Shown piece after piece: positions 17,636 to 28,377 of a stretch of 64,000 nt of DNA. The notes under the pieces were generated by a model. The model did not search any database, was not told the origin of the DNA, and worked only from the letters and a program-made list of their open reading frames with translations. The DNA comes from a virus. Positions within the stretch are counted from its first letter, which is position 1. Every line of letters starts with the position of its first letter. The position numbers were made by a program, and so were the translations under genes. The stretch is from IMG/VR virus record IMGVR_UViG_3300035228_001078. The stretch is one strand, 5' to 3'.

Positions 17636-18433
17636 TTACTTACCCTCAAACCCAGGAGGAAGTCTGCCTAGGTATGGATTGAGATCGAAATAGGGTGTCC
17701 AATCCTCAACCATATTAGCATCATTCTTCCAAAAATTCCAGAGGGCATCATGACAATTTCTGTGATAGACATCAACATGGATGTCATGGATGTCTGACCC
17801 AAGTGCAATCTTATACATGAAGATAGGAAAGACGAAGGTCAGCCCGCTATTATAGATGAGATCATCTGCAACTGCACGGGGTTTGATTCTACTATCCAAC
17901 TTGTACTTGCCCTTCTTTGTGTAAAGGGATAGTAACTTCTCAGCATACCTACGATTAATAATGTAAGCAGCTGTAGAGAAATCGTTGATGAACCTGTAAT
18001 GCATTTGCAGAACAGGGACAGCAGGATTGATGATTGCGATCTGGATACAGTCCCATGCAGCAGGAGCATGACGGAACCAGTCTTTCCAAGAGAAGGGCCA
18101 GTGCTTGACCACTTCTAGATCGCAATCATCTTCCATCATTATAGCATACTCATCGTCGGAATTGTCCAACCAGTATTGGATCCCCTTAAGATGTGATGTG
18201 ACACAACCGATCTCACCAGACGACATGTTATCTGGATACTTACCAACGATGATGTCACTAAGATCATCATCTCTACCATCATAAGCAGAGATCCTAGTAT
18301 TTTCTACTTCCCAATAAGCAAACTGTTCCTCCATGAACTGCTTGCGATCAGTCTTAGAATCAAGATTGATCCAGTAGATATGTGGAATGTCCTTTAGCTT
18401 GTGTGCTGATTTATTTTTGTCCATGTCTGGCAA
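17636..18433 (-). CDS. Glycosyltransferase family 25
   Basis: YWINL..DR, GEIGCVTSH, MEDD, STAAYII. Confidence 0.85.
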   Translation of the reverse strand: MPDMDKNKSAHKLKDIPHIYWINLDSKTDRKQFMEEQFAYWEVENTRISAYDGRDDDLSDIIVGKYPDNMSSGEIGCVTSHLKGIQYWLDNSDDEYAIMMEDDCDLEVVKHWPFSWKDWFRHAPAAWDCIQIAIINPAVPVLQMHYRFINDFSTAAYIINRRYAEKLLSLYTKKGKYKLDSRIKPRAVADDLIYNSGLTFVFPIFMYKIALGSDIHDIHVDVYHRNCHDALWNFWKNDANMVEDWTPYFDLNPYLGRLPPGFEGK

Positions 18434-19364
18434 TCACCTCTTCCACATTAGGTAAGTAGTATTTTTGTAGAACATTCTTCCAATCAAATTGCTGAGAGTA
18501 TTCAATAATCTCTTCTCTATGAGCAATAGAATACTCTCTGTTCTTAATAATCTGATATTCGACATATTCTATATCATCAATCTTAGATTCAGGGATCACC
18601 GTGATAAAATCAAGACCAGTGTCTAGATTAGCAGTAGCAAACTCGCTCACAACGACCCCCAGACCAGCAGCAAATGCCTCCATAATGACCAGAGAGTGTG
18701 CCTCACCATCCGAAAGGAGCACAAGGTTACCATAGTCCGTTAGATAGTCATGTAGGTACTCCTTCTTCCATTCACCAAGATAGTTATGATTCTCATTGAA
18801 TCTCTTGTCTGCTATGTTACCAGCAAAGAAGAGACTATCTATGGACTGGAACTTATGTTGACGCTTTCTATAATCAATCTTTGCCAAGTAGATACTGCGG
18901 TCAGGGAACTCAGGTTCCATTGACTTCCTGAACAAGCTTAGATCAACACCATTAGGATTGACCCACAGTTTTTCAGTAGGGATATCGGCTAAGATATGAT
19001 AGACCTTTTTGATTCCTTCGGATAGGCAGAATGTATTTGGTCTAGTCTGTTGGAAGTGACCAAAGATCTGCCCATACCCATTCATTTTGTCCGGGCGTTC
19101 GATGTAGGCAAAGTGGGTGGTACATGCACAAGGATATTGCACAAAAGGATAGAGAATAATCCAGTCGTCATAATGAATATGCACGAAATCTGGACGAAAC
19201 GAATTGATTCTCTTGAGGATTTCTCTAGGATCCCCAATGTTGATAATGTCCACTTCATGACCAAGCTCCTCAAGGGTTACTTTATAGTCCCAAATGAGAC
19301 TTTCTACAGCACCCCATCCTCTAGGAGGGATAGGCGTGTTAGGTCCTACAATTGAAAACTTCAT
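18411..19364 (-). CDS. GT4-like (GT-B) glycosyltransferase
   Basis: PPRGWGAVE, NGVD, EAHSLVIMEA (Ex7E). Confidence 0.85.
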   Translation of the reverse strand: MKFSIVGPNTPIPPRGWGAVESLIWDYKVTLEELGHEVDIINIGDPREILKRINSFRPDFVHIHYDDWIILYPFVQYPCACTTHFAYIERPDKMNGYGQIFGHFQQTRPNTFCLSEGIKKVYHILADIPTEKLWVNPNGVDLSLFRKSMEPEFPDRSIYLAKIDYRKRQHKFQSIDSLFFAGNIADKRFNENHNYLGEWKKEYLHDYLTDYGNLVLLSDGEAHSLVIMEAFAAGLGVVVSEFATANLDTGLDFITVIPESKIDDIEYVEYQIIKNREYSIAHREEIIEYSQQFDWKNVLQKYYLPNVEEVIARHGQK

Positions 19365-20323
19365 AGCAATGATTCTAATTTAGGAATGTATTCATAAGCA
19401 AGAATGTTTTCAAGACCGAATTCACGAATACCGTATTCTCTAATCTCTTTTCTATGTTGCTTAGAAACTTTTTTATTGTTCTCAATAACATCAAGAACAT
19501 ATTCCAAGTTATTTATTTTGCTCTCAGGAATGACATCGATCCATGGTTTACTGGTGTCAAGTTCTGGAGCAACAGATTCAGAACAAACAACACCAAGACC
19601 ACAGATTAATCCCTCTTTGATAACAAGGGGTGTGGTATTCTCAACCTCACTCATTAGAGCAATGTTTGAGTAGCAAGTAATAAACTCATTGAGTTTTTCT
19701 CTAATGACCTCGCCTTTATAATTTGGATTGTTCTTTGCAAACTTACCACCAAATTCCATACGACCCATGAAGTCAACAGTATCGATATCTTCTAGAAGAT
19801 ATTGACGCTTACGATCTACAATCTGAGAGAAGCATAGGGTTCTATCAAGACTTGCAAATTCATCAAACTTATATGGATAAGGACGGACACCAAGTTTGCT
19901 CAACCAAACACGGTTAGGATTAGCTCCGAGATCTGTCCAAGTATCGATATCTTTCTGCGAAGAGCAGAAGATATGAAAGTTTCTATTAGCAGCATACCTC
20001 TCGGCTACAAGTCCATAACCATCTCTACCCCACATATGAGGAGTATTGACATATGGATAGTGACTAGAGACAATCAATGCCTTACACAAAGGAACTAAGT
20101 CATTAATAATATCATGGAAGACATCGTAATGTAGGTGAACTACATCATACTTACCATGCTCTACTTCAAATTTAATTAGTTCTCTATCTGGAGTATTGAT
20201 AATCTCCACACGATGCCCAAGTTCTCTAAGAATTACAGTGTAATCCCAGATCAGCATTTCAACAGCACCCCACCCATCAGGTGGGATTTCCATAATACCA
20301 GGACCAATTAATGCAATCTTCAT
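19361..20323 (-). CDS. GT4-like glycosyltransferase, paralog of the adjacent gene
   Basis: PPDGWGAVE, PLVIKEG, shared VIPESKI. Confidence 0.8.
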   Translation of the reverse strand: MKIALIGPGIMEIPPDGWGAVEMLIWDYTVILRELGHRVEIINTPDRELIKFEVEHGKYDVVHLHYDVFHDIINDLVPLCKALIVSSHYPYVNTPHMWGRDGYGLVAERYAANRNFHIFCSSQKDIDTWTDLGANPNRVWLSKLGVRPYPYKFDEFASLDRTLCFSQIVDRKRQYLLEDIDTVDFMGRMEFGGKFAKNNPNYKGEVIREKLNEFITCYSNIALMSEVENTTPLVIKEGLICGLGVVCSESVAPELDTSKPWIDVIPESKINNLEYVLDVIENNKKVSKQHRKEIREYGIREFGLENILAYEYIPKLESLL

Positions 20324-21156
20324 TTGTAATCCTCCCAGTACATATCTCTCTTAATTTCGTTGATGAATCCAGGACTATGAGAAGCAAGAGATTCTACATT
20401 CTGACAAGAAGAATGGAACAAGAATACTTTCTTCCAATCATCTTCCTGAGGATTCTTACCGTACCATATACCATCATCTAACTTAAGGTCTTGCTGGTCT
20501 GCTGCAGCGCAGTGATTGAATGCACCGTTGGTAAATTTATACCCACCAATCTCATTCAGTGCTAAACACAATACAAACTCATCAGTAACTCCGTTATGCA
20601 GCCCGCCATCACTAAAGATGTCATTATAAATTTCAGCACAACGCTCAAAGATTGCATCGTGCTTATCTTTCTGAAAGAGAAATGCTCCTGATGCGGCATA
20701 CTTATAGGTAGACAGTTCTTCAGGAAGATACTCTCTCAATCCACTATGATCTACTTCAACATTTCTCATGTAGTCTGCAAGAGTAGGAACCCACCAGTGA
20801 CGGGCGATTAAAAAATCATCCTCAGCTTCTTTAATCAGTTCATCTACACGATCGTGAATGACCACAGTGTCTGTGTCAAGATAGATGCAATGATCAGTTT
20901 CTACATGCTTATAAAGATTAAACCTCTCCTTCCAGATGTGTGGTTGGAACCAGTTACGATCATCCTTATTTTCTACCTTCTCTCCTGCACCACTGACAAT
21001 CTTTACTTTGGGATCATCAATTTCTAGACGATCATCCATATCCAAGATAAGAATCTCATGTGATTGACCAATCCTTTCTAGAGACTCACATGCTCTCATT
21101 AAATTTTTATAATAACTATCGTCTCCGCCGACGATGAAACCAAAACTAAGAGTCAT
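20320..21156 (-). CDS. GT-A (GT8-like) glycosyltransferase
   Basis: IYLDTD DxD, SGAFLF, DE, late His. Confidence 0.65.
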   Translation of the reverse strand: MTLSFGFIVGGDDSYYKNLMRACESLERIGQSHEILILDMDDRLEIDDPKVKIVSGAGEKVENKDDRNWFQPHIWKERFNLYKHVETDHCIYLDTDTVVIHDRVDELIKEAEDDFLIARHWWVPTLADYMRNVEVDHSGLREYLPEELSTYKYAASGAFLFQKDKHDAIFERCAEIYNDIFSDGGLHNGVTDEFVLCLALNEIGGYKFTNGAFNHCAAADQQDLKLDDGIWYGKNPQEDDWKKVFLFHSSCQNVESLASHSPGFINEIKRDMYWEDYK

Positions 21157-22085
21157 AATAATCTAAGCAATCCATTGATACGATTAACATATGTATGATG
21201 ATCTTTTGTATGCATCATTTGTCTACGAATAAGATCTTTATTATCCTTATTCTGCAAACCAAGTTCAAAAAGATCACCGATACCTTCAGCACAGAGAACT
21301 TCTGGTCCTGCAAACTTAGCAAGTTTAGGTGAGTTAGTCAAACCTAAGTGACCATAACTCATCGACTTGAACACTCTACAAGTTTTAGTTCCCCAGCGTT
21401 TATGGGTATCATTTCTAAGATCTGGATTAAGAAACGACTTCTGCATAAGATCTCTCATGACAGAACCATCAAGAGGATTAGTCCAGGGGTTTGACCATCC
21501 AGTCTTCACATTAATTTTAGCACACAATGCACCAAATTCTTTGATTAGATGTTCATTTTTGAAGCGACCATCTCCAGAGATACTACCAATAAAATACCAT
21601 ACATCTTCCCTTGGAATATCTACCCACTCTTCATCAAATTCTTCAGGCATAAGATCAGTTGCCCATGCAATGTAGGCAATCTCATATCCCTTATCTCTAG
21701 ATGACAAACGATCAACACATACACCTGTGTCTAGCTCTTCAAAATCATTCAGGTCATGGTGGAACTCGTAGTTATCCTTGTCCATGCTATCCTGATGATA
21801 GCGCATGTCAATTAGTTTTTTACATTTGCCGAGATACTTTTCTGGATTAACACAGACATGCACATAATATACACAACTTGCCAAGACAGGAAGGTTCTTA
21901 TCGGCGTAACCCTCGGTAAAGAATACGCAGTCTTCATAATTAAAGTCTGCGTGATTAGGATACTCATCATCATGGAACCAGTGAACCTCATGTCCCGCTC
22001 TTTCTAGAGCTTTCTTGAAGCCTTCGTGTACATATGAGTATGTATCAGAATGAAGTGGGTATCCCCAGAGAACACATTTCATCAA
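21153..22085 (-). CDS. Putative GT-B glycosyltransferase (CgeB-like C-terminus)
   Basis: RVFK..G and HHTYVNR C-terminal motif. Confidence 0.6.
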   Translation of the reverse strand: MMKCVLWGYPLHSDTYSYVHEGFKKALERAGHEVHWFHDDEYPNHADFNYEDCVFFTEGYADKNLPVLASCVYYVHVCVNPEKYLGKCKKLIDMRYHQDSMDKDNYEFHHDLNDFEELDTGVCVDRLSSRDKGYEIAYIAWATDLMPEEFDEEWVDIPREDVWYFIGSISGDGRFKNEHLIKEFGALCAKINVKTGWSNPWTNPLDGSVMRDLMQKSFLNPDLRNDTHKRWGTKTCRVFKSMSYGHLGLTNSPKLAKFAGPEVLCAEGIGDLFELGLQNKDNKDLIRRQMMHTKDHHTYVNRINGLLRLL

Positions 22086-22783
22086 ACCCTCCCGAGCATG
22101 TAGTCTTCTGCTTTCTTAGTTTCACCAGTCACACATTTCATAGTATCAATAGTATGTGAAGGAACAAGATCGGGATGAGCCCACCAGTCTTCAAAGGGAT
22201 GATCCTCATCAACAGAGATATTATCTGCAATCAATGTGTAGCCATGTGCCTGAAGATACTCACGAGAAGCATCTCTAACATCAGTACCGTCATTATACGC
22301 ATCATGCTCAAATGTAATAGTAGCGAACTTATACTTCTCTAAATTAATTTTTTTCAGTGCTTCAAAGGTAACCTCAGCAGGTTCACAATCTACCTGCAAG
22401 TAGTCAAAGTTAGGACCGAGACCAACCTCTTCAAACAAAGCATCGAAGTCTGCAGTTGTAGCATCACCCACAGCAACCTTAGCTTTACGATGTTTGTTAT
22501 ATAATTCAGCTTCGGTTTCTTTAATTTCAAACCCAATACCCTCCCACTCATAGCGAGACTCAAGCAAAGCAGTATTGTTAGAGATCACAGGATGTCCTGA
22601 TCCAATCTCTACAAAGGTTCCCTTAGGACGACCATCGGTCATACACAGGACAAACATATCCTGATAGCACTGAGAGAAGTTCTGGTGACTTACCAGTTCC
22701 AATCCGGGGAATTTATAACGAAGTTCATCTGCCTTCTCTTTAGTAAAGAAGGTTGGCATTTGCCATGCATTAGGGTCGGTCAT
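22082..22783 (-). CDS. FkbM-like SAM methyltransferase
   Basis: SQ..QD, FVEIG, SNNT..LE..W.G, DYLQVDCE, TFEH. Confidence 0.75.
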   Translation of the reverse strand: MTDPNAWQMPTFFTKEKADELRYKFPGLELVSHQNFSQCYQDMFVLCMTDGRPKGTFVEIGSGHPVISNNTALLESRYEWEGIGFEIKETEAELYNKHRKAKVAVGDATTADFDALFEEVGLGPNFDYLQVDCEPAEVTFEALKKINLEKYKFATITFEHDAYNDGTDVRDASREYLQAHGYTLIADNISVDEDHPFEDWWAHPDLVPSHTIDTMKCVTGETKKAEDYMLGRV

Positions 22784-23493
22784 ACTTGATAAGATGAGTT
22801 ATCTTTGGATAGGTGGATGATTTTTCTTTTGTATGGATAGTTAGGATAGCATTCTGGGAATGCATAGTCTGGTGGGGCAGCAAACACCCTATCGTTATGT
22901 TCAATAAAGAATCTATTGAGATGACTTTCATCATGCCATAGAGCAATTATATCATTACTATAATCTTTGTCAACTCTATCTCTCAAGAGTTTCATCATAG
23001 GAATGACTGCTTCCATTTTACCTCCCCATAGGCATCCTTGATAGTATTGAAGGGGTTGTCCTTTTACATAAGCCTCAGATTTGGGATTAGTTTCAAAGGT
23101 TCCTGTACCAGTCATGTAATGACATGGATGATGAACAGCAACAAAGTCCCTATCATCATCAAGAAGTTCTTCAGAGTAAACTACGGAGTCAACTCTCATA
23201 TCAGCATCTAGGAAAAGTAACCAATCATGCTGCTTTAAAAGTTCTTCTGCCTGTAGGATCGTATGAAAGCGTTCCAATGTAATTGCAGGCCATTCCTTAT
23301 GACTGATTTGAACATGAGTAATGTTCTCAGGTAGTTCTCCCTCAAGTTCTCCATCGGTAAAGACATAATATTGTTTCCTCAGATCAGGAAAGAGGAATTC
23401 TTCACAAGTCTCATAATATTTCGGAAAGAAATCTAGATACTTATTAGTTCCAATGAATATGATTGCAGCACTTAAGCTCATACAATTTCCCAA
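22780..23493 (-). CDS. GT6 (ABO/alpha-1,3-Gal(NAc) transferase family); probable start MSLSA
   Basis: YYVFTD, WP.ITL.RF, DAD, YYQGCLWGG, WHDESHLN. Confidence 0.9.
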   Translation of the reverse strand: MGNCMSLSAAIIFIGTNKYLDFFPKYYETCEEFLFPDLRKQYYVFTDGELEGELPENITHVQISHKEWPAITLERFHTILQAEELLKQHDWLLFLDADMRVDSVVYSEELLDDDRDFVAVHHPCHYMTGTGTFETNPKSEAYVKGQPLQYYQGCLWGGKMEAVIPMMKLLRDRVDKDYSNDIIALWHDESHLNRFFIEHNDRVFAAPPDYAFPECYPNYPYKRKIIHLSKDNSSYQV

Positions 23494-24287
23494 CCCTCAC
23501 AATACAAGTCTTTAGTGTTATTGGTTTGACTCAAGGGAGGACCAAACCAATTAGAAGGTGCAACCACCCTCTTATCTGGGTTAGTGCAAAGCCATGCTCC
23601 CCACCAACTGAAAGAACTGTTAGCAATAATAAAGTCACTACACATAGACATCAAACAAAGGTCAAGATATTGATCATTGGTTTGAGATACTAAGAAGCGG
23701 TCTTCATCAAACAGATCTTCTTGCAAGCACCAATCGGGGTCATCAGAAAAGATAATTACCTCACGATCATCACCGAAACGGTTAAGTGCTTCCCTATAGT
23801 AATTTATATCACAAATAGGATGGTGTGAATAATTTTGATAGTCAGTACGACGCACATGTAGAGCAACAGGATTATTAACTTCCTTCAGCATCTTCTTACA
23901 TGGATCAAGATAATCATCCTTAAAGCTAAAATCTTCAAGGAGACTTTCTCTCACATTACTAAAGTATTTTTCAGACTGAAAAAATCCAAACAACGATACG
24001 AAGTCTGGACAATTATCAAACAAGTTCTGATCAAAGTGAAAGTGCTCCTCCCTTACAACAGGACGCTCCTTATCAATATACTGTACCTGAAGTGCGCTCA
24101 GGTTAGAAAGATTAAATGGAACAAACAGTTGGTGTTCGTTCCATTCATCTGCTTTACTTTTATATTTTGATGGTGGCACAGCAAATGTGTAACCACAATT
24201 AGCTGCAATACCTTTTACAGCAGCATACTGAAACATTTGATTGGCAAGACGATCTTTCATCTTGCCAACATAATTAATACCAATCAT
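23478..24287 (-). CDS. GT11 alpha-1,2-fucosyltransferase
   Basis: LANQMFQYA, QSEKYF, HVRRTDY, FSDD, NSSFSWW. Confidence 0.92.
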   Translation of the reverse strand: MIGINYVGKMKDRLANQMFQYAAVKGIAANCGYTFAVPPSKYKSKADEWNEHQLFVPFNLSNLSALQVQYIDKERPVVREEHFHFDQNLFDNCPDFVSLFGFFQSEKYFSNVRESLLEDFSFKDDYLDPCKKMLKEVNNPVALHVRRTDYQNYSHHPICDINYYREALNRFGDDREVIIFSDDPDWCLQEDLFDEDRFLVSQTNDQYLDLCLMSMCSDFIIANSSFSWWGAWLCTNPDKRVVAPSNWFGPPLSQTNNTKDLYCEGWEIV

Positions 24288-25237
24288 CTTGTTTGCAAAT
24301 CAGTTTGTGCAATATACCAGTCGTAAGTTTTACGAAGACCTTCTAGTAATTTATGGTTCGGCTTCCAACCTTTTTTCAGGAGTTTTGTATAGTCCAGAGG
24401 ACGCTTGGGTGTACCATCTGGTTTAGAAGTATCCCATTCAATCTCTCCAGGGTATCCAGTTACCTTTGCCATCATTTCTGCTAGTTCTTTGATAGAAACA
24501 TCCTCGCCTGATCCTACATTGAGCAACTCTGCACAGCTGTAGTTCTCCATGGCAAACATACATGCATCGGCAAGATCATCTACATGGAGGAACTCTCTAC
24601 GAGGGGTGCCTGTACCCCAGCAGGTGACGGGTTTATCGCCCTGCTGCCAGTTATTAAACTTCTGCATCATCGCGGGGATCACATGCCCATTCAGAGGATG
24701 GAAGTTATCATTGGGACCATACAGGTTAGCAGGCATGAGACTAACACCCTTAAATCCGTACTGTTTATAGTAGGACTTGAGCATGTATATACCATGAATC
24801 TTGGCAAGAGCATACGCATCATTAGTAGGCTCAAGTTCTCCAGACATCAGAGACTCTTCTTGTACAGGAGTCTCTGCAAACTTAGGATAGATGCATACAC
24901 TTCCCAAAAACAAAAACTTTTTAACACCGCTTTTCCAAGCATTGTGAATTAAATTGTTTTGAATCTGAGTGTTCTGGTAGATAAACTCTGCTGAATAAGT
25001 ATCGTTAGCATGAATGCCGCCGACACGAGCAGCAGCATCAAATACATAATCAATTTGTTCATAGTCAAAGAAACTTTCTACAGCCTCTTGATCCATAAGA
25101 TCAAGTTCTTGCCTAGTCCTGGTAATAACTTTAGTGTACCCTTCTTCTTTGAGACGACGAACAATGGCAGACCCAACTAGACCACAGTGACCAGCAACAA
25201 AAATTTTTGAATCTTTATTCATTGTCCTAATCTTCAC
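24284..25237 (-). CDS. fcl: GDP-L-fucose synthase (WcaG)
   Basis: GHCGLVG, AARVGGI, GSVCIYP, YALAK, REFLHVDD. Confidence 0.95.
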   Translation of the reverse strand: MKIRTMNKDSKIFVAGHCGLVGSAIVRRLKEEGYTKVITRTRQELDLMDQEAVESFFDYEQIDYVFDAAARVGGIHANDTYSAEFIYQNTQIQNNLIHNAWKSGVKKFLFLGSVCIYPKFAETPVQEESLMSGELEPTNDAYALAKIHGIYMLKSYYKQYGFKGVSLMPANLYGPNDNFHPLNGHVIPAMMQKFNNWQQGDKPVTCWGTGTPRREFLHVDDLADACMFAMENYSCAELLNVGSGEDVSIKELAEMMAKVTGYPGEIEWDTSKPDGTPKRPLDYTKLLKKGWKPNHKLLEGLRKTYDWYIAQTDLQTR

Positions 25238-26499
25238 GGTGCAATAACTACTTCAGGTTCAGGTAGTGGGAATAGGAAACGCTTTCCTTTGAACTTTTCA
25301 TTCTTGAGAAAGAAGTCTCTAAAGTGCCAAGGTAATACGATATGAAGATCGAAGTCACGCATCAGCACATCCTCTTCATCCTTAATAGGAATCCATGTTC
25401 CAGGAGTGAACGACCCATCCTTATCAGGATTAACATCTCCAATCATCTCTACATCATCAGGAGTCACTTCCCATGTCTGTAGTGTGACATTTCCCTTGGT
25501 ACTAGCACCAAGACAACAGATCTTTGCACCATTACCTTTGTAGAAGTCAAGGATCTTCCAGAACTGTTCCTTGCAGTCATTGATCCTCTGAGCAAACTCT
25601 TCCCAGGGTTCAGTTGTATCCAGTTTCTTTTCAAGCTCTAGAGCGATAAGACCGGTCAACTTAGTTGTACACTCTTTACGCTCACTGTTAGTAGAGGGCG
25701 TAACAACAACAGAGATGCTACCACCATTAACATTATTGAAATCAAAATCAACAATCTTAAATCCTGCCTTGTCCATAATGTACTTGATTTGCCGCATACC
25801 ATAGTATGACAGATGCTCATGGCACACGGTGTCGAATGAATTCATCTTCAACATTTCTGGCATGTAGCTCTGCTCAAGCACCCAAATGCCACGAGGATCA
25901 ATGATCTCATTGACCTGACGAGCAAACTCACATGGATCTTCCAGGTCATAGAACATCGAGAACGATGTTACAACCTTTGCCTTCTGCTTACCAAACCGAT
26001 CACGATAGGTATCAGCAGAGAAGAAGTCTGCAATATAATTAACATGCTCAGGAATATAATCCCTAAACTTTTTAGATGTAGGATCGATACTCATGAGTTG
26101 TAAATCATGAGGGAAAGATCCAAGGAAGGTGCCATCATTTCCAGCAATATCAATGACGATATCACCAGATTCAAGCTTGGTGTCTGCTCTAATCTTCTCT
26201 GCTTTCTCACGCAGATGACGAATCATACTGCCGTTGAGACCAGAGCGATAACCATACTCATCACCATACATGGTAGGCAGATCAAATGTATGCTCAAGCT
26301 GAACATGACCACAACCACCTTTTTTCTCATCACACTTTACAAGTGCAAGAGGACCTTTGTACATACCCAGATCGATAGTCTTAGGAAAAATACCCGAAAG
26401 ATATTGATCTCCAAGGTCAAGCACAGTAACTAGATGTTCGTTACCACAAACTCTGCAGCGTTCGATTTTGTGAAATTTATTCATTGTCCAAAAATACAC
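25234..26499 (-). CDS. NDP-sugar 3-C-methyltransferase (TylCIII/NovU-like); probable start MNKFH at 26484
   Basis: CRVC..C..CG Zn site, [30 protein letters not shown]. Confidence 0.85.
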   Translation of the reverse strand: MYFWTMNKFHKIERCRVCGNEHLVTVLDLGDQYLSGIFPKTIDLGMYKGPLALVKCDEKKGGCGHVQLEHTFDLPTMYGDEYGYRSGLNGSMIRHLREKAEKIRADTKLESGDIVIDIAGNDGTFLGSFPHDLQLMSIDPTSKKFRDYIPEHVNYIADFFSADTYRDRFGKQKAKVVTSFSMFYDLEDPCEFARQVNEIIDPRGIWVLEQSYMPEMLKMNSFDTVCHEHLSYYGMRQIKYIMDKAGFKIVDFDFNNVNGGSISVVVTPSTNSERKECTTKLTGLIALELEKKLDTTEPWEEFAQRINDCKEQFWKILDFYKGNGAKICCLGASTKGNVTLQTWEVTPDDVEMIGDVNPDKDGSFTPGTWIPIKDEEDVLMRDFDLHIVLPWHFRDFFLKNEKFKGKRFLFPLPEPEVVIAP

Positions 26500-27473
26500 A
26501 TGTCTTGTACAAGGTCAGAGAAACTAAATTCTGGTTCCCACCCTAGAACAGTTCTTGCCTTAGTAAAATCACCCAGAAGTTGTTCCACTTCTGTCGGGCG
26601 GTAATATTTAGGGTTCACCCGGATGATGTCTCTGTTCATACATTTACAGAAACCAACCTCACTTTCGCCCTCTCCACGCCACTCAATATTAAATCCAAAG
26701 TATTGAGATGCCTCTTCAACAAACTGTCTGACACTACGCATCTCACCTGTAGCAAGAACAAAATCATCAGGAGTTTCGTGCTGTGCAATCATCCACATAC
26801 CACGAACAAAATCTTTAGCATGACCCCAGTCACGCTGAGCATCAAGGTTACCAAGCTCTAGAACATCTTGAAGTCCTGCAGAGATCTTTGATAGTCCTCT
26901 CGTGATTTTGCGAGTGACAAATGTTTCGCCTCTCCTAGGGGACTCATGATTGAATAGAATACCGTTACTAGCATGTATACCATACGCCTCGCGGTAGTTT
27001 CGTGTGATCCAATAGGCATAAAGCTTTGCTACACCATAGGGTGAGCGCGGATAAAATGGCGTGGTCTCTGATTGAGGGACCTCTTGTACCAGTCCATACA
27101 GTTCACTTGTAGATGCCTGATAGAACTTGCAGGGATGATCTAGCAGACGAATAGCATCCAAAAGACGCAGTGTGCCTAAAGCATCAACCTCTCCAACATA
27201 GTCAGGCATCTCAAAGGACACCTTAACATGACTCATTGCACCAAGGTTGTATACCTCAGTAGGTTTAATTGTCTGGATTAAGCTGATGAGATTACCTGCA
27301 TCAGTCAGGTCTCCATAGTGAAGATTAATTTTATCGTAGATATGATCAATACGATGGGTATTAATAAGAGAAGAACGGCGTACAATGCCATGAACTTCAT
27401 ATCCCTTTTCAAGGAGAAATTCTGCAAGGTACGAACCGTCCTGTCCCGTAATACCAGTTATTAGTGCTATCAT
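26481..27473 (-). CDS. gmd: GDP-mannose 4,6-dehydratase
   Basis: [35 protein letters not shown]. Confidence 0.97.
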   Translation of the reverse strand: MIALITGITGQDGSYLAEFLLEKGYEVHGIVRRSSLINTHRIDHIYDKINLHYGDLTDAGNLISLIQTIKPTEVYNLGAMSHVKVSFEMPDYVGEVDALGTLRLLDAIRLLDHPCKFYQASTSELYGLVQEVPQSETTPFYPRSPYGVAKLYAYWITRNYREAYGIHASNGILFNHESPRRGETFVTRKITRGLSKISAGLQDVLELGNLDAQRDWGHAKDFVRGMWMIAQHETPDDFVLATGEMRSVRQFVEEASQYFGFNIEWRGEGESEVGFCKCMNRDIIRVNPKYYRPTEVEQLLGDFTKARTVLGWEPEFSFSDLVQDMCIFGQ

Positions 27474-27857
27474 TTATGTGAAAGTAATTGTATCCTGGCA
27501 GAGTCCTCCCATATCTACGGGTGCTGCTGCATAGGTCATACCGAGAACGGTGTCACCAGTGGTGCCAGAGCTAATAGTATCGGCGTTGAAGTTAAAACTA
27601 ATGGTGTCAGAAGATGCAGTGCCAGGATTACCTGTAACGCTATGTCCATCATCCATCCAAAAATTATTAACGGAACCAGAATCTTCGTCGTTGTACATAT
27701 GACTGAATGCACCATCGGTAATTGTTCTCATACCGATATAGTAGCTCCAAATGTCTTCTAGATTTTCTGTTTCCTCGTCGTTATTTAGTGCAGAGATCAG
27801 AGCGTCACGAATAGAATCGACAGCGTTTTGATAGTGCTTGTAGTTAGGGCAGGACAT
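27474..27857 (-). CDS. Hypothetical protein
   Basis: Intact ORF in operon. Confidence 0.6.
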   Translation of the reverse strand: MSCPNYKHYQNAVDSIRDALISALNNDEETENLEDIWSYYIGMRTITDGAFSHMYNDEDSGSVNNFWMDDGHSVTGNPGTASSDTISFNFNADTISSGTTGDTVLGMTYAAAPVDMGGLCQDTITFT

Positions 27858-27859
27858 AA

Positions 27860-28171
27860 TTAATGAGGAGATGATACAGTGTCAGTAGTATAGCAGGGAA
27901 CTCCTGCAGGGTCTAACCATTTAGAATACTCAAAGTCTTCTATGGCAAGGAAGCATTGATCAGCGTTATCGAAAAGATAGATGTCAGAGTATTTTTTAGT
28001 ATACTCGTCTGCTTTCTGAAGACGCAAGTCAGGTTTACCATTCAGCTGAATATAACCCTTCTGTACATAGCGATAAGGAAAACGCTCATGAATAATAAGA
28101 GTCTTAGTCGATTCTACAGACTTTGGATCTAGATCATTCATGGATAACACCTTCGGTAACAAGATCAGCAT
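27860..28171 (-). CDS. Hypothetical protein (probable start MNDLD)
   Basis: Intact ORF in operon. Confidence 0.6.
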   Translation of the reverse strand: MLILLPKVLSMNDLDPKSVESTKTLIIHERFPYRYVQKGYIQLNGKPDLRLQKADEYTKKYSDIYLFDNADQCFLAIEDFEYSKWLDPAGVPCYTTDTVSSPH

Positions 28172-28355
28172 ACAGGCAGTCTAGCAGGATCTCATAATCA
28201 TCGCAAGGATCGTCTTTGAATACCACACCTTTCTCAATGTAGAACTTAGTAACCTTTTTATAAATTTTTGGGTACTTGTGATCCAGTGCGATTTGACCCT
28301 CAGCAGCACCACGCAAAATGTCGATGCTCTTCTTGAACTTAGCTGTAATGGACAT
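28134..28355 (-). CDS. Hypothetical protein
   Basis: ORF downstream of a promoter. Confidence 0.6.
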   Translation of the reverse strand: MSITAKFKKSIDILRGAAEGQIALDHKYPKIYKKVTKFYIEKGVVFKDDPCDDYEILLDCLYADLVTEGVIHE

Positions 28356-28377
28356 TGCCTTGTTGGTTTACCTTGTA

